The notes beneath the pieces were generated by a model. That model saw nothing but the letters and a program-made list of their open reading frames with translations, had not been told where the DNA came from and did not search any database. The position numbers were made by a program, and so were the translations under genes. A stretch of DNA of 64,000 nt from Ramazzottius varieornatus (lineage: Eukaryota > Animalia > Tardigrada). The first letter of the stretch is position 1; each line of letters opens with the position of its first letter. Below are positions 41,609 through 54,414 of this stretch, one piece after another. The stretch lies in assembly GCA_001949185.1 (NCBI GenBank), contig BDGG01000013.1:124001-188000 (forward strand), in the 5' to 3' direction.

Positions 41609-43667
41609 GTTCGGACTTGTTTCTTCTCAATGAGCCAGCACAAAAAACTACAAAGAGAAATAGAAACGAACGTTCGTTAGAGGTTGCAAAGTACTGCGGC
41701 TGGCTACGAACAGAAAGGGGGATATGCAATAGTGTCGTTGAAGCGAGTCATGTCTTCGTCAGCGCTGCGTTGTTTGTGAGTAAATACATCAGCGAAGAAA
41801 AGAAAGGAAAGCCTAAAGACTCGTCATCGCTTTCAGCTCACGCAACTAGCTCGTGTGCGACTGGCAAGATATCAACGTCAGCTGACGTCGATCGACCTCG
41901 CGGCACAGACTTCAGCTGGATTCTCTACCAGTTTGCAGAAGAAAGAACCTTGTCCTTTAACAACGCAAGAACCCAGCCCTGCTACTTGTCGATCGATTTC
42001 GATCGTACGATAGCTCGCCGACTTCACTTGTGAGGTAGAAAGAAGGGAAGGCTACAACATGATCTCGCTTTGACGTCAGTTCTTTCTTCTGCCGATTACA
42101 AGTCTAGAAAATAAATTAGGTTATTTCGCAGAGAAACCTCCCCATGTCTTCAGGAAAATTCCTGACGAATTCGCAGTTGAAACAGGGGAAGAACTGCGAA
42201 AGAAGGGAGAAACTGCGAACTGAAGGAAACCTGCCAATCAAGTGAGCAGTGCGGTTGATTGGATTGGATGAAGGTTGCCATTTTGAAAATCGGGGAAAAT
42301 CAAACTTGAGACTTTGAGCGCGTTCGTGCGGGCCTAAAAAACCTGAAACTGACCACTGGAGTTTTGTTGCGCGACGTATTTTGAAAAGCCCCAACAACAC
42401 ATGGAAATGACGTGTTCAGATGAAAATCAGACTCGTCGAGGTAACGTCAAACTGACGTCGTCTTCATGCTCCCTTTTCTCGTTCCCAGCCTGATTTCATC
42501 CCCGACCCTGCACTCATCCGTACTTCTCTGGTATGTCAAGGTCGGGTAACTCTAACAAAGCATATTTCTGAGGGGAAACAAGCCAAGGTGAAACCAGAAC
42601 CGAGGATATGCCAGAATTTAACCGAAAGGTGACCGATAGACCGATCCCTGCATAGTCGCGCACGGAGGCACGTGACAATAGTACAAAAACCATCTGCATG
42701 TGACATCGCGCGCCAGTAACTCCAGCCCATTTAACGGGTACGCAAAAGATCCATATCGCAAAAAAGCGTACAGAACTTGGTTAGATCGAAAGAAAGGCTC
42801 TACTTACGTGAAGTCAGAAGGTGAAGCGAAGAATCGCGGTTATCCGGAATATTTCTGGAGACAGGAAGCCTGGAAAATGGATCGGAAGGGGATAAGGCGA
42901 CGACGATGGTGACGTGATAAATCGCAAGGAACTCGTGATGGCTTGTGACGTTACACGGTGATTTGACAATCCGCACGTCAGCAGAGCTCCGGCTTGAGGG
43001 AATCGACTAACCAAAATGGCCTCCAAGCGTGTGGACGACATTTCATTTGTTGGACACGCCAGTGGGACGGCCCGTTCTGCCTTCTCCCTGGTTCTCTCTT
43101 ACCAAGCCAGTACGTACGTTGCACCAGACGACGGTAGCCCACAATGCTAGCCTTTGCGCTGACTGCGACATGCCTGCAAGACTATCTTACCGGAGATCAT
43201 ATGGAGAAAGCAGCAAACAAATCAACTCAACACGGAAAAATATTGTTTCAGGAGAAATGACGTCATGGTTTGGCGCTGATTGATAGATGTCTCACATGGC
43301 GACACCCGAACGGCTCGGTTTCGTCATCGACGCGTCTGTCTCAAGGCTGTGCGGGTGTGACGTCTACGCTTGATTTGTTTTCTTTTCTCAATGTGATTGA
43401 TTCCCTTCAATAGTTCTTTTTCTCCAGAAAAAAAAGCAAAAAAAGATGCGTTGCCCGAAGTTTTATCGTTGAATCTTTTTGTGATACTCTACATTTCGTG
43501 AGAATGTCTTGATCGTGGAGAGAGTGAGTCTCCGCTAACGATCAAGGCCAATCAAGCGAGAGTTGTTTGTTGTACACGCTTTTACTGCCCGTCATACCTG
43601 ATGTACTGCTTGCATGCTTCTCTTACTCAAAGATCTGGAATTGCTCTCCAGCAAGATTGGTAAGAAG
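41609..43667. promoter_or_regulatory. Divergent CREB/CNOT7 intergenic region rich in CRE and half-CRE motifs
   Basis: TGACGTCA at 42071 and 43258. TGACGT half-sites near 41883, 42408, 42453, 42910, 42946 and 43358. Confidence 0.45.
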
Positions 43668-46054
43668 ATGACACGGAGAGGTATGTGAACACTTTATCCC
43701 CTTCTCTAACCCGATGAAAGCTAACCTGTGATTTTCTGTGATTTTTCTTCAAAGAGAAAGCAATCAATGGTCATGGGTCTTTTCCAGCCTCTCCACACAC
43801 CGGAGTGCCTCCACATGCCCAGCCACCATCACAGGCCCATCAACAAGTACAACAGCCCTCTTCCACCGAATCGTATGGCGTCAAAGAAGTCTTTACGAAT
43901 AACCTAGAAGAGGAGATGCGCAAGTTGAACAGGCTAGTCAAGAAATATCCCTACATTGCCATCGATACAGAATTCCCTGGCATCGTCGCAAGGCCGTGCG
44001 GTAAGCCTACAATAAGCGAGTTCCCCACGTGGTCGTACCCACCATACCTACACCAATTATACCACGTGGTTACGTTCCCAGTTATTATCCGCGTTTCGCA
44101 ACTGTTCGTTTGACCACGTGACTTAAGGTGTAATTTTAACCATCTTTGATCACGTGACCCCTATGTAGGTAGTAATATGCTCGTGACCCGTGTCGTCACG
44201 TCAGCAAGCCATGCCAATCAAAGCTTTAATCAATCGTAGAGACTGGAGACTGTTTGGTGACGTAGTGCGCGATCTTGCCTGAGGAAAAGCTCCCTTTCTC
44301 GCTTAAAATTCCGCATCACGAAACTGAATCAGTTTTCTTTGCTGACTTTGTTTTGAAACTTGGGAGAAGCATTTAGGGTGATTCTGATGTATTTTTTGAG
44401 AGTTTCTATATGGATTGTGATTTATTTTGGAGTTGTTTTCTTGCAGGGACATTTTCGACCAACAGCGACTACGAATACGCCATGTTCAAGGTCAACGTGG
44501 ACTTGATGCGGATAATCCAGCTGGGTTTGTCCTTCTTTAACGACAAAGGCCAGCAGCCTTCGCCGATCCACACGTGGCAGTTCAACTTTCGCTTCAACCT
44601 GGCCGAAGAGATGTACGCCCAAGACTCCATCAAGCTCCTGATGCACTCGGGCATCCAGTTCTCCCTGCACGAAACGATGGGCATCGATCCTGACCACTTT
44701 GCCGAGCGTCTCATCACGTCGAATATTCTGTGTAACGATCACGTCCGCTTCCTGACATTCCACAGTGCCTACGACTTTGGCTACCTTCTCAAAGTCCTCG
44801 AAGGCGCTGAAACGCTGCCAAAGTCGGAGACGGCCTTTCTGGAGAAGCTAAAGATGTACTTTCCACACATATACGACATCAAGTTCATGATAAGAGACCA
44901 GCGGACACTCAAAGGAGGCCTCCAAGTAAGTCGAATTCCACTCCAAACTTGATAGTGACTCTGAGAACTGCCGCTGTTCCCGCTAAGTACCACTGTACGG
45001 GCGGTAGCGGAGCGCTCTGCCTGCTTTCGGCACGAATGGCGTCAAGATGTGCGCCATGACGTCACTTGCGGTCCAGTAAGTTTACTGTGGATTCGTGATC
45101 ATGCTGATGGCGTAATCATTCTTTACCACTTGGCATATTAATGGTTTGTCGCCTGAAATTCAGACTGGTTGGTGACGTCACTGCGGCCATCACTTTGACA
45201 TCGATTGATTCTTAACTAGTTGGATTTCCGCCAAGCGCGCGCACGCCGACCAGTACTCTCGTCTCCCAATGGAAAGAGGATATTTTGGGAAGACTTTGGT
45301 GGACACATACTTTGGGATACGAGATTTAGGATGCCCGGCTCGTTTAGTTTCTCTCGTTGAAGCGGTTGAAAAGAAGCAGATATTCCCAAAGAGTTTTTGT
45401 CCTCGGTTTGACTTGTTGACTTTGGTTTTGCAGGATCTGGCCAATCAGTTTCGGCTGGAACGAGTGGGTGCACAACATCAAGCAGGAAGTGACAGCGCCC
45501 TGACTGGCGCACTCTTTTTCCGCCTACGCGACGAAGTGTTCCAGGGCAAGCTGGACGAGTTTAGCGGGCGCCTCTTTGGTCTGACTGGCTCCTTCGGGGA
45601 CCGTGTCCACCTGCTAGAGAACGTCAAGATCCTGGAGAACAACAAGAGCTCGTCCAGCAATCTCAGTAGTCAGGCCAACTCCAGCACAACCAACGCAGCC
45701 AACACTACGGCTGACGGTGGCAGTGACGGTTTCGCCGAGCTGGAAACATCCCACAGCACAGCCAGCAAACGCTCCGCCGCAAACAATAACAGTAACAACA
45801 ATAGTAACAACAGCACACACAACACCTTCACAGTACTGACCAACGTCAACATCCCCAATCGCTTCTATGAAGACTCACAGGGTTACATTGTCACGTCGCA
45901 CTCCGCCACCGGGGAGTACGTCGTCTCCAATGATCCATCCGTCATTCAAGCACAACAACAAGCACAGGCCCAACAGCAGCAACAGCAGCAACAACACGTC
46001 TACAACCACACCAATAGCAGTGGCTCGTACTACGACCAGAATGGCTATTCGTAA
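43668..46054 (+). CDS. CNOT7: CCR4-NOT deadenylase subunit CAF1/POP2 (exons 43668-43680, 43755-44000, 44447-44925, 45434-46054)
   Basis: YPYIAIDTEFPGIVARP, NVDLMRIIQLG, TWQFNF, FHSAYDFGYLLK, YDIK, KGGLQDLA and GAQHQAGSDSALTG (DEDD nuclease). Confidence 0.95.
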
Positions 46055-46990
46055 AGAGAAGAAAAATGCCTGTCTTTTGACCATTTTCTCTTTTAATTCA
46101 CGGATTGTCCCATTCTCTCTTACCGTGTTAGCAATAGCTGCATCACCCCCCTTCTCCTGTATAGACAATCGATGATCATGGCTTCTTTTTTTGATTTTAG
46201 CGAGTCGTATATGCTATCGTATGTGCTTGTTTAAGCTGTAGCTGTTGTAGCGGACGACAAGACTGTGCTGCGTTTTCATTGTATTTGTACACGCCATTCT
46301 CCTCCACCTGTTTTTCCTGCTACGTTAGCCCTTTTTTGTTGCATAGCCAGTTTCACCCCCCCCCCCATCGCTACGTTCAGCCGAAAGATCGGACATTGGT
46401 TTGGTGCGCAAATGCGTTGCGAACACGAGTTATCATTGGTACCATCTTGGGCTTTGATGAGTAATATCAGAACAGTTCAACAGTCTTCCCTGTTCTGCTC
46501 CGTAATGTAAGCTGGCGGTAGTTTCGACTGACGGCCCGTGACGGACCACCAGTGGCAATACAACGTAAAAGCACGACCGCATCGTTCCCAAATACAGTTT
46601 ACGGTACTCGGACAGTATAATATAACTCTATTGGATGTGGTCCGTCGCACGTAATGGGTTTTACAAGATAGGCAGCTCGAACTTCATCGGAGGAATCTTG
46701 TGGTGCTGGTCAGCTTCGTGGGTATACTGACAGACAGGCAGAGAGTCATAGAGGTGGTGTCAGGGAGCTTCATCGCTTTATGACGTGCTGGCCGACGTTC
46801 GCATTAGCTCATAAACTACAGCTACGTGTCAAGCGTATACAAAGTCGGCGTTCGAATAGTTCTTGTGTATAGGTTGTATAGTAGATGTCCCAAAAAGCCG
46901 CATGTATCAATAAGTTCTGGAGTCGCAGTAGTGACGACGCAGGAGTGTTTTTTCCCAGCCGCTGCTGAAACTACAGCTTGAACTTTGGCG

Positions 46991-48169
46991 ATGGGGAAGC
47001 CTTGCACAGCGGCATTTAGGTTTGTACTGTGTTCGTCGTTCCTTGTGATGTTGGTTCTCACTAATGAAGGTGGTACGACAGACTCTGAACGTCAGAGAGC
47101 TTCCTTCCCAACTGTGCAACAATCCGACAATGCGGATGGACCGAGCAGTCTGCAGAAAGAGAAGCGCCAGTTCTCCGACAACTCAGCCTTCAGCTTTGTC
47201 AGCAACGATCCACCCGCCACATTCCGTAAACTAGTCCCCGACGATTACTCTGACTACGACGAAGGATCGCAGACACCACGCCCAGGTTGGTGGCAGTCTA
47301 GCCAGGATTGGCCGTCAGAGCAAGAGGGAAGTCACGCTTCCGATTCCGAGGACGATTCGGCCTACTCGTCCTCCAGTTCCGCATCCAGAAGTCCTCGCCC
47401 AAATTCCTGGCAGGCCGGTCGGAAGAGGCCACAACAACATGCAGCAAGCCAGCTTGATCATCCTGAAGACTTCGAAGACGACCTCGAAGATAGCGACACC
47501 TTCGTCCGGCCATTCTCCGCCAAGCTAGACGGTAGCAATTGGAAGATCGGACCCTTACCCATATCCACCAACGAGGATCAGTACGGCACCAACGAACAGA
47601 CGGACAACAGCTGGCAAAATAGCATATCCCATTCGCATGACTCTTACTCAAGCTCAAACGACAACATCAACGACTATGGTACTCAGAACCAACAGAATAG
47701 TCAGTGGAACTCCGACGTTAACAATCATCTGGGTGACAACACGGCTCGCTTCCCAGGCACGAACCTACTGGACAAGTCTCCGACGTTCGTCCGGAACTAT
47801 TTCGCCCCTCCAGAGTCACTACCACAAGGTCCAGGAAATGGTTACATGCCACAGCAGCGAGATCTGGGTGATGGCTCGCACGGAGGAGGCGGTAGCGGTT
47901 GGGGCACCGGCGGAGGATTAAGCATTCCGCCCATTCCCAACATCAACTTGGATATTCCCCCCATACCGTCTGTCCAGATGAACATTCCGCCAATTCCCAA
48001 TGTCCAACTGGATATCCCGCCTATTCCCAACGTGCAGTTGGACATACCACCCATTCCGTCCATTCAGATGAGCATTCCTCCTATCCAGCTGGACTTCCCG
48101 CCTATTCCGCCTATCCCAAGTCTGGGTTTCGGCTTTGGTGGAGGCAGTGGGTGGGGTCGGAGACGCTGA
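46991..48169 (+). CDS. Intronless secreted low-complexity protein with IPPIP decapeptide repeats
   Basis: Hydrophobic signal-like N-terminus, EKR/QF dibasic site, Ser/Asp/Asn-rich middle, ~7 IPPIP(N/S)(I/V)(Q/N)(L/M)x repeats, and terminal GSGWGRRR. Confidence 0.8.
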   Translation: MGKPCTAAFRFVLCSSFLVMLVLTNEGGTTDSERQRASFPTVQQSDNADGPSSLQKEKRQFSDNSAFSFVSNDPPATFRKLVPDDYSDYDEGSQTPRPGWWQSSQDWPSEQEGSHASDSEDDSAYSSSSSASRSPRPNSWQAGRKRPQQHAASQLDHPEDFEDDLEDSDTFVRPFSAKLDGSNWKIGPLPISTNEDQYGTNEQTDNSWQNSISHSHDSYSSSNDNINDYGTQNQQNSQWNSDVNNHLGDNTARFPGTNLLDKSPTFVRNYFAPPESLPQGPGNGYMPQQRDLGDGSHGGGGSGWGTGGGLSIPPIPNINLDIPPIPSVQMNIPPIPNVQLDIPPIPNVQLDIPPIPSIQMSIPPIQLDFPPIPPIPSLGFGFGGGSGWGRRR

Positions 48170-48281
48170 ACATGACTACGTCAACACCAACTCTTTTACT
48201 CGTTTTTATTCGTTGGGTCCATACGATTTCCCCGGCTTTTGTTTGGAGTTAGAGAAGGTCGACGGCAAAATTAAGTTAGTG

Positions 48282-48498
48282 TAAACGCGCGAAGGGAAAG
48301 CTTGGAGCAGCAAAAAGTTTGGAACAGGCGCTTCCGAAACAGCGGAACGGAAGTTCGTACAAATGTGTGCAGTTCACACTAATGCACTTTCCGACAATTT
48401 TCTACGGTTGAATTCTCGATTTGCCGTCTTTTCCGCCTGCTCCAAACTTCCCCTTCCAACGTCCCCTTCATGATTCCAACTTTCCCTTGGAGCGTGTA
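48282..48498. mobile_element. TA-flanked MITE, family shared with 60889-61057
   Basis: ACGCGCGAAGGGAAAG...GGAACAGGCGCTTCCG...TTTGCCGTCTTTT(T)CCGCCTG...AACTTTCCCTT is present in both copies. Confidence 0.75.
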
Positions 48499-48969
48499 CC
48501 AGCAAAACAAATTCGGTCGAACCAAATGTGTAGCGCGCAAATGATTATGTACATGGATGGGGTCTACAGCATAATGCAGTGCCATTGTGTGCGCCTCTGA
48601 TGTTGCAAAACCCTCCGAAAGAAACTTCCCGAAGTCGCGCGAAGACCACCTGTAAAAGTATGAATGTAATCGGCAAACGTCAAAGTTCGACATCAGTGCA
48701 CTCGCTCTTTATCTCGATCAGGACTTCGGCCATGACCAATGATCATGATACTTCGTATCTCGCACTGAAACTGTTATCTGCAATCGAAATCGAAAGTTTC
48801 GATAGAAGTGATATTCTGGATCAGAAGTCATGAACGACGTTCAACCCAGATATGATTTTCAGGGAAACCGCAAGGCGGGAAAGATGAGTTCGGGTTGTTG
48901 CTTCGTTTACTGGGTTTGCTTTAGGTCCAGCCTGCCTTTATTCACCTCATAGGTTTTAACGCTCGCAAA

Positions 48970-50150
48970 TAGTGCTGGCAAAAATACGATAAAATTCCAT
49001 ACGATAGTTTTCGATAAAATATCGGCGGATATTTTATCGCGGTCTTCGATATTCATTCGGTATCGAGGCTTCGACACACAATTTTTCCGATACCGTATTT
49101 TCGATATAGCGTATCATATCGCGGCGATATATGACACATATATCGATACTTCTGCAATTTTAATTTTGTCGGAATTCCACTCGTTCGAGCCCAAGAACTC
49201 TAGAATCCGATTTCCACATGAAGTATTAGTCAGATCGAGAGCGTGGGACACAGCAAAGACGTGACTATACCAAGACTTCAGATACATGGAAACCGGGATA
49301 GAATTGGTACATGGTTAGTAAAAATTACGGGCCAGGCGGGAAACACGGCAAATTGACAATTTGTATGGAAGTCAGAGACAGAAATCGGACAAATGACGCA
49401 ACGTACTAAAATTTAACTGTAGAAACTTTTTATGCTCAGTAGCCATCAGCTGATCAGCTGTGCATACCTATTCGACTTTCTCTCGCAGAAGTTCTGAACT
49501 CCTTGTCCCAATATCCATTCCCTAACCGTTTCTGCAGTAGAAAAGTGCAAGATCGAGCAAGACAAAACTGTAGTAGATACCTCGTTCGACTCAGCGATTT
49601 TCGCTCCGAGTACCACTGTGATTTGAGATTCCAAAATTAACATATGTTCCTCTGACTCATGAAGGTGTGCTTGTTCCGGTAGGATAGAGATCTAATGGTT
49701 AAAATAAAATTGATATGACAAGTTTTAGCTCCTCGGCCCAATATCCAGCACGTACGTACAGCAGGGCAGCTGTTTTCCTTGTAGCAAGAATCACTTGCCC
49801 GTGCCGCCGTAGCGAAAGGGTCCGTAATTTTCACTTTCCCATAATATCCTGTCGTTCGTGTACCAAAACCGAATGGGCGGAGCGTGCTCGCCTGATTGCC
49901 ATACCGTGGCCGGAATCAAGAGTTTGAAATCAGCTACAGTCTTCCTTAAACGTGGTATTATTGCCGAGTTGGGCGTTCAGCAGAATACCGAAAATATATC
50001 GATATGGCGCGATACGATATTGCCGAATATTTTATCGCGTTATTCGATATGGGTTTTCATATCGATATTCTCGATACGACATCTGCCGCATATTTTATCG
50101 CAAAGATTCGATATATTTCGATACGATATCGGTATAACGTATCTCGCTGG
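48970..50150. mobile_element. CGATA/TATCG-rich element split by nested insertions
   Basis: CGATA-rich blocks at 48985-49148 and 49985-50145. The intervening ~49300-49860 carries both ends of the family at 58640-58840. Right terminus not resolved. Confidence 0.55.
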
Positions 50151-51397
50151 CCGTACCAGTCGTCAGTTCTACAAACGTACAGTCCTACCTGTGAGATGTG
50201 ACAGTTCAAACGCCCGAAATCAGTTCCGGACGGTTCATGTGTGCACGAATTGCTCGCCATGAGAGCGATCAACTGATCACACACGCTTGATTATTTGATC
50301 AAGTTAAATGACAACCGGACTTCGATCAGCTGATCGTGTAGAAACGCTGTTCGGTTGCAGAAGAACCAATGGTCGCATCTCACAGGTAGGAGTGTATCAG
50401 AAGTTTAATATAGCGACTTCAATCAACCAACTGGCACGGAGTATTACCGTATTGCCGTATTGCCGCAATATTCGCCGTACATCCGCTCTTTCGAAACATT
50501 CGAACTTTTGCTTCAGGACCTTCTATCGTGCCCACTTATTGTCGCTGATAACAATGCGATCTGAAATCGGTTCGCTCACATTCAAAACCGAGAGGATAAA
50601 GAAAGGCAAAACTCTGCATTATGGATAAGGTGCGCGAGGCAAACGGGGTCAGTTTCCTGGTTTATCTAAACGTCCAGCGAGGATATGGTGAGACACCTTA
50701 AACTCTCGTAAGGATTTTTCTAAGGTTCCGGGAGAATCGGATTCAACGAACGTACCGAGCACGTTGTTGTCCACCCTCAATTTCGGTCTTCCTTAGGGAT
50801 GCATTCGGTGCAAAAAATCTTCAGGGTCGAGAAGATTTACCTAATCTCCTGCGGGAAGCTTGTTAGCTGCTGTCTTTCGAGAATTAAAGCATGTCTTCTT
50901 TCCCGTGGGGGATGCGTTCGCGCCTCGAAAAAGGCATAGTCTTCAATGACGCAGAATTTTGGTCTTCCGCGATTCAGACGAAATTGTTCCTGTTTTAATG
51001 CGGAGCGGAGAAACTCAGAACACAGCCAGGAGTCGGCGAAAAGACAGAGAAAAGACTTCAGGACAGAATATGAGAATATAAATATGAGTTTCTGAAATTG
51101 ACGTGTTTCCAGGAGTAACAAGTTATTCTTTCGCACCTGATATTTTTTCAATGGTGGCGCTATGGCAGAAGCAACGCATTTTATGGAGTATTCGCAACGA
51201 AAGTTATTCTTCGCCGTTTCTCGACTCTTTCAGGCTGACCACTTGCACGAACTCCGGGAATATTGGCAATCAACTGCATTATCGGAATGTCAAGTAGTTT
51301 TCCCGGGCAGGTCAGTCGATATTCCGGTTTGGCTTCGATTTTCATCCTGAACCTGAGACAGCAAAATCTGACAATCTTAATAACTGCCTACAAGAAA

Positions 51398-51447
51398 NNN
51401 NNNNNNNNNNNNNNNNNNNNNNNNNNNNNNNNNNNNNNNNNNNNNNN
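51398..51447. other. Assembly gap (50 N)
   Basis: Run of N. Confidence 1.
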
Positions 51448-52113
51448 GTCGAATTTGCTGCTGTTTTTTGCGCAAAAGTTTGAGGCTACACAAGCCACAC
51501 AAAGTTGTCCAGCTAAACATAGAAATACGGCCCTCCATAGTTTTTGGATCCAAAATCAACGCCAGGATGGCGCGAAGGTCGCTGCGAGTTGCTCCTTGAC
51601 GAAACCTTCGACTGGCTTGATTTTTTCTTCACCTGGTAGCCCAATGCTTGTTGCATTTTTGGACAGCAAAGCGTCAAGGTTTTGCGATGGACTGACCGTG
51701 CTACGCTGCTCCAAAAAAGGGTTTTTTCGATGGTGGCGAACTTTATCATACCGGTTGATTCGTTGATTCTCTTTTCGGAAAGTCGCGTGATCGCGTTGAA
51801 CAAACACTGAGCATTAAGGATCGCTTTGAAGGTTAGACATCAGAATGTCCAGTCTAGAGTTATGAATTTTTGAGCGAAGGATTAGGAGGGTCGGTTTTTT
51901 CTTGTAGGCAGTGTATGAAGCTGATTTGCAACGACTGAAGGCGGATCAGCTGATTTATCCGTGTAAAATTAGTTAACATCCGGTTTTCTCGTGATCATAA
52001 ATGCCAATGCCTTACTTTCGACACGTACTAAACCCGGTACCTTACCCAGCGCAATCCAGAATGTTCGTGGAGGTAGTAACACGGCCCATGCGGAGAAAAG
52101 GACCGAACAGGCG

Positions 52114-52167
52114 AACTGTTCTGCCGTTCCGTTCAACTGTTCTGCCGTTCCGTTCAACTGTTCTGCC
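52114..52167. repeat. 21-bp tandem repeat AACTGTTCTGCCGTTCCGTTC (~2.6 copies)
   Basis: Direct tandem copies visible. Confidence 0.8.
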
Positions 52168-53349
52168 GGGCGGCAGAAATTTATTGATTCAGCCGCCAGA
52201 TCATGAACTAAATTGCTGGACTACAGTCGGAATCGTTTAGAGCACTCAGTGTCACTTTGGTGAAAAAATTGCTGAACAATTGCTTTTCGTTCTGCTTCGG
52301 AATGTCCAGTTATCAAAGGACAGAAAAATCCCCGCTTCACCAAACGGTGTTTCTTTGAAATCCCTTTCGGCAACAGTCGCTGAACTGTCGTTGAGAAGAG
52401 CTCACTGACGTGACATTTTCAGAGAAGATTTTTCGGACTCAGCTTTCTCAGACGAAGCCATTTTTGTCAAACGGTTTCGATGTTGAAAGTTAGCTAAGAG
52501 GCCATAACATCAGATTCACTCAAGCACTACCAAAAATATGGCGGGCATAAAAACGTGGCTTACCATGAAGGAAACTTTACTTCGCCGTACAACAATTACT
52601 TCGATGGGTTTGTGCGCCTTCGACCGAAGAATTCCACAGCGTTTCTGATGCTGTAGGTTCGTTCAGCCATTGATGACCGTATACTAAATACACTGGTGAC
52701 TGGTCTACCTCTGACAACAAGGCGTGGGTTTTTGTCAGCAACAGGCTTCACTTGACGTACCATTTTGACGTTATTTATTTTGACGTACCATTGCTTCCTT
52801 GTAACGTCAAAATAAAGCCAGTTGCATGTCAGTAGTGATGAGGAAACAAAAAGATGAGCTGAAGCAGCGAGCAGGTTTTCTGAGAGAAAAACTACCGGAG
52901 GGACAACTTGATTGCGACAGACTGTATAACACGGTCGTGAAAATACAGTCAAATAGATCTATGAATCTCGTTACATGAATGTTCTTAATTCCGTAAAAGA
53001 ACGAGATGATGAGCAAGATTCGTTCTCGCAGCCAACTTCCGCCTCTCAGTAGAAGATTCTTACCTCAGGGCACCCTACCCCATCCCGTAGTGTTTCGCTG
53101 CACAAACAGTAGGATGCACTTAGACAACGCAGTACATGTACACGGACGTTCGGTACTGAGCGTCTCCCATTAATTCACGATTTCACACGGCTTCTCCAAT
53201 ATGAACTTAAGGCTGCACAACCCCATACCCGGTACTGTTTTTGATCATTTCGAACACTGAAGTACGAAAAAAAGTTTCGCCCTCCAAGGATTCCGGCTTT
53301 GGACGGTGGATCCTTCCACCCGTCCAAGGTCTTCTAACAGCGCCAGCCT

Positions 53350-54414
53350 ATGTCCGGGAATGTCCCACAACATAACATGGCAAACAATACAACAGTTTCT
53401 GCCTACTCGGAACGAGAAGCCGATTCATCATCTTGGACTGCAATGCCCATCTGTTATTTGGTCATCATGATAATCGCCACCATTTCTAACGGAGTAGTTT
53501 TGTACGTTTTCGCCCGGCATCCTCACCTAAGGACAGCTTTCAACGTCTACATAATCAATTTGTCCATGGCTAACCTGATCGAAACATTCATGATGATGCC
53601 GCTGAACATAGCTACCTACCTACGGTCACACTGGTGGCTAGGTTCCACAGCCTGCTCTGTGTTCATTTATGGTCTGTCTCTCCAAGCTGTCGCGATCAAC
53701 TCCCACCTTCTCATCACCATAAACCGCATGTGGGCAGTGTCCGCTCCTGTTTCGTACCGAACCTACCACAGGAAAAAGGTGTCGATCTGTCTTTGCATTT
53801 TCATTTGGCTGTACGTTCACGTCGTCCATACCCCGGGATACGTCATCGACGCTGTTTACTACCGTCCTCCAGTTGAAATCGGCTGTTTTGTCAACGGAAT
53901 GATGCAGTATGGGTGGTTTCATGCCATGCAGTTCTGTCTATTCAAAATTCCAGTCCTGGCTATAATATGCTGCTACCCTTATGTAGCCTACAAGTCTCTC
54001 AAAGCTCGGACTTTCAGGTCCGTACACCCCACTACGGTCAGCGCAATGACCGGTTCCGACACGAGAGCTGTCAAGGGTCCGACAAGTGGGCATCATGACG
54101 GCATGGGACTGACAGCCGACGTTGCGCAAGACATGCTGGTCGTGCTGCACAATCGACGTGCAGAAAGCTCACGACGACGAGGAGCATTTCTGCTGCTGAG
54201 TGTCATGACACTTTCAATGTTGGTCTTCTGGACGCCATCCGCAGTGTACTACACTGTCGTCTCATTTGGGCATGTCAACTGGCCGGCTGTTGAGCAAGCG
54301 GCCAACATCATGTGCTTGCTGGAAACCATAGCCGATCCGATATGCTTCACACTGGCTCTGAAAGAGGTGCGAGAAGCGGTCAAGGGCCTTCTGCTACCGT
54401 GGAAATCTTCGTGA
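53350..54414 (+). CDS. Intronless class-A (rhodopsin-like) orphan GPCR
   Basis: Seven hydrophobic segments, N-terminal NNT sequon, SNGVVL (TM1), LRTAFNVYIINLSMANL (TM2), W-x-x-G-x-x-x-C, INRMWAV (DRY position), FWTP (TM6) and ADPICF (TM7). Confidence 0.9.
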   Translation: MSGNVPQHNMANNTTVSAYSEREADSSSWTAMPICYLVIMIIATISNGVVLYVFARHPHLRTAFNVYIINLSMANLIETFMMMPLNIATYLRSHWWLGSTACSVFIYGLSLQAVAINSHLLITINRMWAVSAPVSYRTYHRKKVSICLCIFIWLYVHVVHTPGYVIDAVYYRPPVEIGCFVNGMMQYGWFHAMQFCLFKIPVLAIICCYPYVAYKSLKARTFRSVHPTTVSAMTGSDTRAVKGPTSGHHDGMGLTADVAQDMLVVLHNRRAESSRRRGAFLLLSVMTLSMLVFWTPSAVYYTVVSFGHVNWPAVEQAANIMCLLETIADPICFTLALKEVREAVKGLLLPWKSS

